In this document: piece by piece, positions 13,564 to 26,385 of the stretch | Numbering within the stretch: the stretch's first letter is position 1 | Layout: every line of letters begins with the position of its first letter | Assembly: GCA_051362555.1 (NCBI GenBank) | Contig: CM120647.1 | Location: 17,646,651-17,710,650, forward strand | Direction: 5' to 3' | DNA: 64,000 bases | DNA from: Lingula anatina | Lineage: Eukaryota > Animalia > Brachiopoda | Notes under the pieces: generated by a model | Told to the model about the DNA's origin: nothing | What the model saw: the letters and a program-made list of their open reading frames with translations, nothing else | Databases searched by the model: none | Position numbers and translations under genes: made by a program

Positions 13564-16500
13564 GATGGTTTTTTGTGAGTGTTCCTGATTTTATATTCTT
13601 GTGAAGTTTAAATAATCACTCCTGGAAAAATAACATGAACGTAAAAAGAGGATATCCGTTTAGATGATATATCCTTCTCAAAATAAGTTAGGGAACACCC
13701 GTCATTTAAGATTCAAAGGTTAGATCAATGCCCATTGTATTGGATGAAATTTCTACTTAAACTGTGTTACAATACAAATAAACTTTGCACCTTATAAGAG
13801 TAATAGTTATGGTTATCTTCCGGGATGATACGTACGTATTTCAAGATAAACAACTCAAAGATAATTAAGATTACTGCTAAATTAGATTAACTCCAGCTTT
13901 TTACTAAGATAAGGCCTAAGCGTCCATGATTTTCTGCACGACATGTAAAACCCCCTTTACACCGGACGGTGCCTCTTGTGCGTCCCATGTGCGACCATGA
14001 GACCGATGGCTACCTTCTGATATCAGATACCAAAATAGTCTACAAAATCACACTGAGCCATTGAACATTTTTGTAACAGACCATTAGCACACCTTGTGGT
14101 CAGAGATTAGGAACTGATCAGTTCGCTGTTGGACTCTCAAAAAACGCACGGTGATCGCTAAGATGGCACACAGAGCGTTAAAGCGTCACCGTGGAAGCCA
14201 TGGTCGCTGCAAAGTTTTGAACACTTTAAATTAAAGTATAACCCCTACTAATTAAATTGGCAAATAGAAAATGGAAGGAATGCATGCATTTGGTTATTTG
14301 TCTTGAGCCAATTAAGTGACGAAGTTTATTTGTCTTGAGCCAAGTATTTGTAAAATACACGAAGCATCATTGTTATCTTTAACTGTTGGCAACTACATTT
14401 TATTATTATCATTATTATATTTTATTTATCTATTTATTTATTTATTTTTTGCACTGTCGCTATGTTTTATCAGTCCTACTGGACACAATAATTCAATAAC
14501 AATAATAATAGACATTGTACTCCTACATTGATAATACAGTTATCTTCGCCTGCTGTAGACTAGAAACCACCATGAAAGGAAAGCAAGTGACCGTGTAAGT
14601 GATCGGAAAAACTAGTTTTGTAGTATAAAGGAAGATGGCTGAGTATGCCACAGGTTGTAACCCGCTAGTGTTGTGGTACATGTACATGTAGGTGAATACA
14701 TGTATCTACAGACATACCCCCAGGCGATAACGTGGGTGGGGATTAGAGGCGGTTTTCTAATTTAAAATTGAAGCGACCCCCCCCCCCCCCTCCACTCAAT
14801 GCCTTCGCCTGGGATCTTGCAACAGAATCGCCTGTTAAAATAGCCCTTGCTTGGAAATCTGTATCTATCAGACTGTTAATTATCTGTATGCACCTTAAAG
14901 GTTTCTCGTCAGATCGTCGGAATGGCCTGAACGGAGTACATTCTTCAGAAAACATGCCCAACTAACGATATCTTTATCCAAATACACAAATTATAAGCTA
15001 ATTTTGTAAATTTTGGGCTTTACAAAACATCCTTTTTGCTCGGCCTGGGAGTTAATGAGCTACGTTGTCACGTGGTCTGATGACGAACATCGTGCCACCG
15101 GAGGAGAGTCAAGCGGCGTGTTTAGCTGTCACACTAAGCTGCATTGTCTACCTGTAAGATGACTTTTCTGACTCCTGATAAAAGTTCATACTCATTCAAA
15201 TCTCTTACCCGAGGGGGTCTAAATCCTCGTGATGCCGTGTGAAGCCATTTTCCCGTCTATTCAATTCTTTAACTAGCATTTAATTATGGTTATCCCAACT
15301 AGTATAAAATACTGCATTCGAATGACTTAAGGGTACTGTTGATTATTACATATGAGGTCCATGTTATTTGTGAAATTCAATTCAATTCAATTTATTTAAC
15401 CCTTGCACCCACCCTACGGCTCATCAGAAGGAAATGCAATAAAAATATAAAGTCATAAAAACAACAACAGTGCAATTTTTTTGTGAAATTGGCTTATTTA
15501 ATAGAATTGCACTGTTAAATTATGGGTATTTTTCCGGTCAATATTTGTCTAAAATTATCTTTCAATCCTTACTCTATCAAGGACAGTATAACATTATCTG
15601 ACTTATTTTTGTGAAAAATTGATGACAAGCCAAGGGTCTCCAGTTCATTCCGTACTCAAATTACCCAATCAAAAATTTTTGTTGAGCAGATCTTTATAGT
15701 ACGCTGTTATAATACAATTTTTCGAAGAGCGTATTTAAATCAATATTAAAAATGGTAGCTTTATACTTAAAAGAAGTTGGTATCTCCCGTTTTCATAATA
15801 TACTTAGTTATGTACAATGAACTAAGTTATCACTAGTGCTCCTTATTACACCCAACATTCTTTTTAAAAAATCCCCATGCATAATTCAAAATATACGAAC
15901 CATTTTATTACAGCAGTTCCCATTCTTTTTTCTTTAATATTACCGCTCTTTTTCGAGTTTTTCCTTAACTGCGTTTTCTTCCACGGAAGTAATGTCTGGG
16001 CATACGCATGCTTCAAGATACCCTGAGAGCAATCACTTACATTAATGTTCGCGACCGTGTTTGAACTCATTTTTTTTAAATATCGATATTAAACGTCATT
16101 TAAAAATGCCACTAACATTACCCCATGAAATAAAAGAGATATACTGAAATAATATTAAAGTCCACCAAGAATCTGACAAGTCCAGTTACCTGTTATTACC
16201 TGGTTTGGGAAGTGCGGCGGTGCGTAATTAACAGGTTTTATTGTTAACGAGCTCTCGGTCCACTACCGGATATCATGCATTTAAAATGCATCAGCAATTA
16301 ATAAGCTTGTCAACTGATGACAGTTTATTCGAAAGACTATCAGCTTTTGATATGATCTAAACCACTTAAAGCGACCATAATCTCGAGCATCGCATCTATT
16401 GTGACCGAAGTTAGTAAATAATTAAGTCATGGAAGGCCGTCACAGACAAAAAAGAAGATTGTCAACGAGTGCTGTTTTTTTTTATGATGAATCCCACGGC

Positions 16501-19174
16501 AATCACAGAGGCATAACGAAAATGGCCCAATCTCGTTCAACACAACTTTCCTAAACTTTTTGTCTGTATTCAGCATGCAGCTCAGTTGAGTCTCATAGAC
16601 CTTTATCCCAATTGTTGCCACAGTACCACGTGATCCACATCTGTTGCTTCATTTTTGCATATTGACGTGAGGTTTACAAAAACGATTTTTTCTACCAATA
16701 GATTGTTTTCATACTTTTTGAAAGGTGGGGATCGATTTAAACATCCTCTAGTGTATGGATTGAACACTACATCTTCAAAATTCGAGAAATGGATTTTTAC
16801 GTGGCTAGAATCCTTTAATATCAAATATGATTCTCAGCCAAGATGGAAAGTTATAATTACCGTTCAATTGAAATCCAAACTGACTACGAACACGAGTATA
16901 ATTTTCCTTACCTTCAGTACAGGGAATCTTTACTTTGAAATTGGAGTTTTCCTTAAGGGCGTCTGACACCTCGCGCCTTGATCATCTTGTTTTGTTACAT
17001 GTTAACATTGTTGGCTGTGACAATGTCAATATATAATGTTAGTAATTGACAGCCATGAGTAAGGACCAGGAAGTGTTTTGTAGAGTGCTAGCCGTAACTG
17101 AGTTGATTGACGTGTCCTGGGAGGCCTTCGATGAAAACAACAGCGGCGCTGAGCGGCAAAATATTTCCAGCGAAATACCTAATTTTAATGCGCTGTTCAG
17201 ACCAGTAAATTTAACATTAATAAAAAATGAAAATTTATTCGGTAAAGAGTCGCGGGCTTTATCGCGCGCCTCGTAATAAGTTTCAATAGAAGTTTATATC
17301 TCTTATCTAACGTTAATCTTTTTCTTATCTTCTTTAATTAAAGTGAAGTCTCAATAAAGATATGATCTGTCACGCCAAGTTCTATACGCACCAGTTCTTT
17401 CACCCCGGTATTCTAATATAATTTTAAAATAATGGATGATTCATCTATACATACCATTTGCTGACTGACCGTTTATTTATTTCAACTTGTAACATTAACT
17501 GCTCCGCCACGCTTATTTCTTCTGCTGAAGTCTTTGACTTCACTGCCATACTGATTTCAAATTCTGTGTGACAAATTTTGTGTGACTAAAAGTAACAAAA
17601 AAAAAAGTTGGGCCATTAGGCGTAATTTGTACAATATGAAAAAACTTGAAATTACAGATGTATATTCAGCATATTCTTTCTCGGATGAGATATTCCCTTT
17701 ACAGATGGAAATGAAATTGAGTCAAGGACCAATGGAACGATATGGTTAAAATGGTTAATTAATTCTAATTAAGTGTGCATTTTATAAATTGTGTTCCCCA
17801 TTATGAGATTTTCATTTCATTAGTTTTATTTATCTAACAAATGATTATGTTCATTGCAATTTTATTTTGTGATGGCAGTCTGAATGTTACAGGGACTTTA
17901 AGAATTAAAATCGGTATAAAAAATCGTATCCTAATGCATAGACGTGTCGAGCAATGAATCATGAGTAGAAGAACATATCTTATCTTACGAGGAAAATCCA
18001 ATATGTCGGAAAAACCGGATATTGATATTTCAATTAAACGGTAATTTGAATTTATCATTTCATAAGAGGACCAGTACACAAGGACTAAATTCTGATTATT
18101 TACGAACGAGAGAAAAAGGTTGACCGTACGTAGAAAATAAACTGTAGATTTTATTGGTAGATTACCCGGTAGAGAAAAATCGAAACTTGTTTGAATCATA
18201 AGTGAAACCCATGAATAAATAGACGCGCATGTTGTACTGTGTGCCCTAGATCGGCTGTCATTACCTGCTAAGAGGGGGATAGACTGTATTACCGACACCT
18301 AGCACTGCGCATTACGTCACCGAGATAAGACGGCCGCGTCAGGAAAAATCCACAGTCTGTGATCAACACCCTGTCTAACAAACCAGACTATATCAGTGGC
18401 GATGATGAAGAAAGGTTTTCGACGACCTTAAAATAACTGCAATATGCACGAAAGATGTTTTTAATTGAATGTTAGTGGATATTTATTTTATTCAACTTAC
18501 GTGAGATGAGACATGTTCATATTGGTACGTCTTCTGAGAAAATTGTCTTCGAATTGTTACCAAAATGATGAACAGAAAAAATCGAATTCTTCACCTGCTA
18601 GTTGCCTAGAGATATAAAACCCACTGTATTGATTTTCAATTTCCATAAAAAGTTTCCAAAATGTGATAATCCATTTTTTAAAAAAGAGCTGCCAACTTAT
18701 TGAATTGAAATATTTGTATCGTGCACCTTATCAGAAAGTTTCCCCCTAGACTTTGCCAAAGTGGACAGCATTTCAGATGGACAGATTTTTTAATACTCCA
18801 CCTTGACAAAGAATAAGAACTCACCATGTATTTTAGGTTTCCCTACAACACTTCTCTATCCACTATTACTGATCCTCACAACGGGACAGAGTCAGTGATG
18901 GTTGGCTTGTTACCCCCACACCAAGGGACCGAACTTGATTTGAGGACCAGAAGAGAGGCTTAACACACGTAGCCTCCTGGGGGTTAGGCGTTAGTTATAA
19001 TGTGCGACTGGGTTCAAATAGTAGAAATACTCGGTTACATATAACAATAACAAAAATAATAATTTATATATACAGCTTTTGAGTACCTGTTTTATTTTCT
19101 GTCGTTTGGCTCCAGACATAAAAATGCATTGTCTGCATAACTGGATGATAATTAAAAAAAAAAGATTTAAAATT

Positions 19175-20493
19175 AACTAGACTGCTCCAGGAGGTTGACA
19201 CTCTGTGACCTTGAAAACTAGGTCAAGGTCAAAAAATTGGGTGGACCGGAATAACTTTTTATAGGCTACCCGCACAAAAATGCAGTAGTATCGAAGTAGC
19301 AAAGAAGCATTAACGCAGTAGTGGTGTGGAGCATATTTGCAGTAGAAATGCACTATAGCCTACTGCAATTCTACTCCAAAAAGTACATAGGTTTGTACAG
19401 AGAGGAGCATTAATGCAGTAGATTGGCAGCATGATAGAATCATGTTTCAAATATGCTTATTAGCTCCCAAATCGAAGCAGATTTGAAGCATGTTTGCAGT
19501 ATGATTGCAGTACTCTACTGCGCTGGAGTATCTACTGCGTTTTCGTGCGGGTATCAGTATGAATTTTTTCAGAATTTTAGAAAGAAATTTTTTGACGAAA
19601 AATAATAATAAGAAGAAGAAGAATAACTAGACTGCAACTGGCTAAAGCCAGTGGCGGAGGATTCCCCTGCAAAATAGGTGTGGAAATGCTCTTACAAGGT
19701 CGTGTGAAGGTCATGGGTTAAATTTGACCCCATATTCTGAAAGGGCATGTGCGAATTGGGGGTGGGGGGTCAACAAAACATCACTTTTAGCCCACTTCAA
19801 TATTTCTCCATGAAATAGCCGAATGACCTTGAAAATGAGGGTTAAGGTCAAATTTGACATTTGATTTGGGGGTGTTGGGTATATGTTTGGGGTAGTTTAC
19901 TATAGCATGTTATCACAAAAAATCAGGATTTCATGGAGAAATTGACAAAGTCACTATTTCTGTGAAATTATTAATATTTAAAATGTATATTAAAAAAACT
20001 AATCAGTCAATTGTCAATATTATTAAATACTGCACTGGATAGATATCTAGGGCAACTTTTTACATCATCCTTGTTGCTCTGTGACATCTGGTTTACCCCC
20101 TGCCGAGTGTCAACCTCCTGGAGCATATTTTGCAATAGGTTGACCTTGACCTGACCTACTTTCCTAAAATTACGTCACTTGATATAGAATTATTGTGTGA
20201 CTTCGACTGTGAAAGGATTTGTCAAAATGTTGAAAATTCTAGGAGATATTGCATTTTGAAATTTGCAAAAAATTCACTTTAAAAGGCTCTGTGACCTTGA
20301 AAATTAGGTCAAGGTCAAAAAAATTGGGTGGACCGGAATAACTTTTCATAGGCTATCAGTATGAATTTTTTTCAGAATTTTAGAAAGAAATTTTTTGACG
20401 AAAAATAATAAGAATACCAAAAACAATAGTATTCCCCTATGGGGAATCCTAATAACAGGAAAAGCAATAGTATTCCCCTATGGGGAATCCTAA
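19175..20493 (+). mobile_element. Non-autonomous Helitron/Helentron-like element(s) (TGACCTTGA-type), partly duplicated
   Basis: AACTAGACTGC starts at 19175 and 19625. TGACCTTGA/GGTCAAGGTCA motifs recur. A direct repeat covers 19202-19268 plus 19554-19611 vs about 20288-20413. The 3' hairpin ATTCCCCTATGGGGAAT is followed by CCTAA and present twice (about 20431 and 20472). Classification rests on general resemblance to invertebrate non-autonomous rolling-circle elements. Confidence 0.6.
19269..19551. mobile_element. 283-bp MITE with about 20-bp TIRs and TA TSD, nested in the Helitron-like element
   Basis: TA|CCCGCACAAAAATGCAGTAG...CTACTGCGTTTTCGTGCGGG|TA. The uninterrupted empty site ATAGGCTATCAGTATGAA is present in the paralogous segment at about 20348-20365. 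Confidence 0.9.
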
Positions 20494-23400
20494 AAAAAGC
20501 TGCTAACACACCCTTACCTATTTTAAATAAACATTCTCTAAAGTCTGTTTTGCCAAGAATCACGTGACACTGTTTTCAAGAGAAAGTTCTCAGCACGTAG
20601 CCCTATTTATAAACATGACCTCACTACCGTGATAGTGGGTTATGATCTGCATTAGAATGTAGATGTTGTTATGACTTATAGTTATGACTACCGTGAAAGT
20701 GGGTCATGGACTGTTTTTGAACATTGGTGTTGTTCAGTGGCCCAAAAACTGATAAAACATGCGTCTGTGCACCTGGATAAGAATGACTGATACATGTACG
20801 TGTACTGAAGGTAAGGGGATATTTATCCCTATGTTTGTTTTTTAACTTATAAACTGAGAGAAAACTGTCAACGATTTGGTTCTGACGAGTTCCACAGCTA
20901 AACTTTTTTGTTAGATTTTGAGTCTCCGCATCGACAGATAATCAAATGGGACGGAGCTATCTGGGGGTAGTATGTTTTATTACAAAAGTATTTTCATCGA
21001 ACATTGCTGACACTGATTTCCGGACATAGTAGGGGATAGCGGGCGCTTTCCTTTCTTCAGTAATGTTGTATACGTATCAAACCCAATTCAGACCTTAAAA
21101 TTGCTAAAACAATTCATGTACAGTCGGGGATAGGGATCCCTCAAAGTAACATGTACCTTAAGTATCCATTGCAGACCTCAAAAGTGATAAAACAGTTCAT
21201 ATTAAAGTATATGTTGTCGTTTTCCCTCTGAAATGTACAGGCAGACATCTAGGTCAGAATTTAGAACTCAAATATCAAAAGCAGTATAAAACAGCGTTCT
21301 CGACTAAGGGGATAGATTGCCAGTAGAAAAAAACATCGTTTATTTTTGAGAAAAATTCAATTTGGCTGGAAATTCTCGGATAGGATACTTTAAGTGAGAC
21401 CTTTTCTTGGAATTCATCTTTTCATCTGACGCCTGCTTCACATGGAACAAATTGCTGTCAATATCAGGGTAATGCGTGAATAACAGATCACGTAACAGAG
21501 ACAGATCGTCATTACAACATATAGGTTTTAAGTGTACGGTAGGTTATAGAAAAGAACGATATGTTTTAGGATTGTAAATGGGACTTATGTATAACGTGTA
21601 GACACGCACGTCGTCCTATGTGTACTCAAGATACGCTGCCATTTGCTGTTTAGAGGGGGATAGGATGAATTACAGAATATATATTGGGTTTTAAATTATG
21701 TTTATGTGATAAGGCAGCCGCGTCAGAAAAAATCCCCAGTCTATATTTGACACCATGACTAAAATACTAGACTGCATGTATGTCGATGACAAGGGAGGTA
21801 TGCGACGCCATTTAGCTGTATGTATGGCCGTCATCTTTAGTATTTCAGTTTGAACAAGGTTGCAAACATGTAACTAACATAAATGTTTACTTTTGGGCTC
21901 CAATGGTTGTAGATAAATACTTCTTTGGAACAGAGGGCAACATTTTTTGTCAGCATTCGCCCTTAAACGCCATTTTTGTGTGTGCCAGTTTTCTGAAACA
22001 TTGACTAATTTTCGTAAATTGTTTTCAGACTTTGCCAGATCAATGTCTGACATTTTGCTGAACAATGTGGACTAAAGGACGATGGAGACGGAAGGTGTGA
22101 CGCACTAGAGGAAAACTATGCAGTGAACATCTCGTGTACTAAGGTAAGGGGTGCATGAATTAAATGTAGTGTTTGTTAAGCTATACTGAATATTTCGTTT
22201 GGAAAATTTGTCTCATGGTCAGCTTAAAGGAGGAAGATATTTCATTTGAAGGGTTTTTTTTATAATTCTTCGTCTCAATAGTGAATATGTCTGATTGTTT
22301 ATAGTTGAAATAATTATATTTCCTCTACATATTGCAAGTCAGCCAAAGATAACAGAAAACAATTCTGAAAAAATAACTGACAAAAATGATGCCCAGCTGA
22401 TTTCGGGTTTACGAATGGTGCCATTTTGATAAAAATGGGCTGCAACACTGCAGATGTGATGGGTCGTGTAAGACTTTGGGTTTTGTTATTTTTTCAAGAC
22501 GTTTTGAAGCTAAATGGATGAATAATACTTTTCGAAGCCAACATCTACACTATATTGACAATTTCGTCAGTGCATATGTCACTCTTGCACTTGTGGCTCG
22601 ACAGAAACATTGGACACAGTGTGTATTGCCACTTAAAGTATATTTTCAACCAATTTCTGATATATAAATATTATTTTTTTTTCAATTGATTTTGCATATA
22701 ATGAAATATTCATACTTAGTTTGCGATGATAGATAAAAATAGCAAGTCCATGTAAGATGGGAGAATTTGAGCAAAAACAGCTCGATTATAAGGCCCACCT
22801 CATGTGACCTACATTTACCCTAAGAAACCATGCAGCATTTTGACCTGCACTCGCGCGATGGCATTGTACCCGCCCTGTAGGGGACTACAGGTACTGCAGG
22901 AGATTCCCCAGTTAGCTTCAGTCTGAAGTAACAAGGGGCTATTCTTATCTGTATTAAAGGAGGGAGTGATAAAAATCAGAGCAATCAAATGACTGTCTAT
23001 TTATCTGTGAGTTCCTTATGAAAAATGACAAGTTACTGTGGATTTATCTCTACATGGTTTCTTTTATAAGAATAAATAATATTATGAAAGATTAGAAGGC
23101 AAAGGGAAATATTTGAGGACAGAGAGGACCGTATAAAACAGGGCACGTTTTGGCAAAGGGTCCTATGGATATCCAAAGATAAAATGTGTCTGGAGAACTC
23201 CACACAAACAGGAGCTACCATTTTATAAATCATGTTCATCTTGCGCCATGCCAAATACTAAAAATGAACCATAAATTCAGCAGTTCGTTTCATTGAGTGC
23301 TATCCAATATAAAATGCAACTGATATGGTCCATACTTGTTTCAGAAACAATGAAAAATGTAAAAATGAAAATGATGGTGTACATGGAATTACAAAGAAGG

Positions 23401-25256
23401 AAAACATAGCCGCCCTGTCCTTTTTCAAGTTCAGAACACAAAGGTTGTTATCATATGATAACCATTACATTTTTTAACAACGGCACATAAAAAAAGGATT
23501 TCTTTTGTGAGCGGTGGTCAACAGAAATTGACAAATATATCCCATTTATCATGTCTTTTAAAACTGTACTATTGCGTGTCGTTTGTCAAACTATCCTACA
23601 CAGCGATGGCAAGACGATCTAGGTTGTCAGACGTCCTGAAAAGAAACTACCATATCGCTGTATTGTAAAGATTATGTGGTCAGCTATAGTATGTAGTTGA
23701 AATATTGAGCTAATAAAAACAGCGCCATCAAATATGCCCGTGGTTATCTGTTACCTCTCGTGATGAATTTTATAAACTCTATGGCCTTTTCTGCAATAAT
23801 AATAATAATAATAATGATAATAAACACGCAGTTGCAAAAAGGGTAAAAAAAAGACTTCTTAAGCGCGATGGAAGAGTCAAATGGCGCGCTTTTCTCTGAC
23901 CCCCACCCCCCACGAGCAACGTTAATGATCCATACATTTATATAAACAATACCTTGTCATGCATTTTTATTTTATCTCGAACGGCAGCAAACCTACTTGT
24001 ACCCAGGTGATATAAAACATTGAAACATATATACGCCCAAGTTTAAGCAAGTAGGGTATTCGCGTATGGACCACTAACGCGCAAGTTGTTCTTTGTTTAC
24101 TCAATATACGCTGTCATTTGCTGCTAACAGGGGGGTGTGATATGTATTACAAAATATTTGGTGGTACATTAAGTTATAAAGATAAGATGACCGCATCAGG
24201 AAAGAAAACGAGGTCTATTATTATAATTTTTTAAACACACTACTCTACATGTATGGCGACGAAAAAGGGAGGTGAACGACGCATTTTAGTATAACTGCAA
24301 ACACCCGGTGATTAATTCGTGATCTGAAGGTGAAAGGATATTTAACTGAGCATTAATTTATACATTGAGTTAAAATATGTTATCGTACAATATATGAGAA
24401 AATTGTACCCAAATCGTTCCTGAAGACAACATTTCAAATGAAAAGAAATATAAGTTCTCCAGCTTGACAGATAATCTGTTCTGTTAAAAAGATCTGCATC
24501 TATAATGCCAGACATTGTCGAAGTGGGTTGGGCCCCTGTCTCGTCTCCCAATCCCCACCTTGTATACATACCGGGTAGGTCCTTTCAATCTTCCAATATT
24601 CGTAATGCACAATTACGTGCATGTATACAGCTTTTGACGACCTGTTTCATTTTATGTCACTTGGTTCCCGACATAAAAATACATGCTGTTGAGTTTGAAT
24701 TTGCACAAAAAAGTTCTAAAAAATCGATAAGTTCATGACTGCAAAATGAGCTGCTAGAAGGGGAAGGGATGTATTACAGAATATTTGGTGGTGTATAACA
24801 TTACGGAGATAGGACAACCATTTCAGGAAAAGTTCCCATTCTATAGCTGATATAATGTCTAACAAACTAACGAACTAGACTACATATATGGCGATTAAAA
24901 TGGGAGGTGTACGACGCCCTTTAAAATAAATGCAATAACTCATCAAACATTCTGTGAGCTGAGGGTAAAGGAATATTTATCGACCATTACTGATCCTCAC
25001 ACCGCATCTTAGTAAGAGGGGATTGGGTCCCCTGCCTCGTCCCCCCCCTCGTCTCCCCCTTCCCCTCTGTGGGCACCTGTAGGCCCGCATATGTGTTTTC
25101 TTGGTATCTTCCAGTATTAGAAATGTTCGGTTATGTATAAAGCTTTTGGCGACCTGCGTCTTTCTGTAGTATCAATCAAGCTTTAAATGGCATTTTTCTG
25201 ATTTTCAAAATAATAATAATAATAATAATGATAAAAATACATAAATAATAAAACAA

Positions 25257-25302
<46 letters not shown>

Positions 25303-25716
25303 ATAATAAAATAAAATAATAACTGTGTCTTATTTTTAAATGATTCACTAAAAAAGCTACCAACAAGTCCTTTACACTGAATACTGTTTACTGTTTAAAT
25401 AAACTTGAGGACATTTAAGATAACAAAAATCTGGTGGACTTATACATTTAAGAAAATGGTCCCAGCACGTAGCCCTTGATAACATAGACATGGCCTATAT
25501 TCCGTGATAGACTGTTTTTAAATATTGGTGTTGTTAAGTAGATGTAGGGCTAATTAAACATGTATCCGTGTATTTATTGCCACTCGTAAAGCTGATACAT
25601 GTTTACGTAGAAAGATAAGGAGATATTTATTGCTATGGCTGTTTTTGAAATTATGAAGTAAGGGAAATGATTTTATCGTGCACCGTGTCAATTCTCGATT
25701 GTCTCCTATTTGGTTC

Positions 25717-26385
25717 CACCCTGAGCTTCAGAGATAACTTGACACTAACCTCTTCACTATAGCCTATCTTCATCGTGTTAAGTTACCTCTGACCACATTC
25801 GATTGCCCCCGCCGCCCGCCAATCAAATTTAAAGCCCGCACTCAATGACTCATTGAACGATCTAGCCAATGAACGCGAACGAGTCAAAGCGCGCTTTGTT
25901 CAAATCCGGACCAATCAAAGATAAGGCTGAATATCAGGGACTTGCCGTAACCTGTGGGCAGCACGCAAAATACATCATCCCTCAGTAGATAATGATGCAG
26001 GGCCTCAAACTGCTCTGGTTTTAATTCCGATATACTCATATTTTGCAAAGAATCAAGAGATAACTTAACACATTATTTTACGTAATCACTCGTAGGAGAC
26101 GCCATGCTTTCTTTGTGTACGGTTATGCACTCGGAACTACTCGGATGTCTCCGCACTCGACAATAACTTTGTTGTTAGTATGGAGCTTGCGGAATCAGCC
26201 GAGGATTACCGATTGACGGTCAACCAATCAGCGTTTTCACCAAACTTTGGTGAAAAATTTTGAAACTTGGATTCGATTGGCTTATATAAACTAGGTCAAA
26301 CTATTTTCGTCAGAGGTAACTTGACACGATGAAGATAGGCTATAGTGAAGAGGTTAGTGTCAAGTTATCTCTGAAGCTCAGGGTG
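25717..26385. mobile_element. 669-bp non-autonomous DNA transposon (MITE) with 77-bp TIRs and perfect 9-bp TSD (Mutator/MULE-like by TSD length)
   Basis: TIRs 25717-25793 and 26309-26385 differ at one position. The TSD ATTTGGTTC lies at 25708-25716 and 26386-26394. Confidence 0.93.

Noticed and set aside
13945-14225. Possible Harbinger-like non-autonomous remnant (CCCCTTTACACCGGACGG...)
   Set aside because: No matching second terminus or TSD was found.
17834-18298. 154-aa minus-strand ORF (likewise 57997-58482 and 63545-63898)
   Set aside because: No recognisable domain, intron-like composition and no splice linkage.
18965-19025. tRNA/SINE-like A-box and B-box (TAGCCTCCTGG...GGTTCAAAT)
   Set aside because: No cloverleaf can be formed, and the CACGTAGCC start is shared with the local repeat units.
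18250-25640. Repeat array as CRISPR-like
   Set aside because: Eukaryotic context. The units are long, diverged and irregularly spaced, with no constant short repeat/spacer structure and no cas genes.
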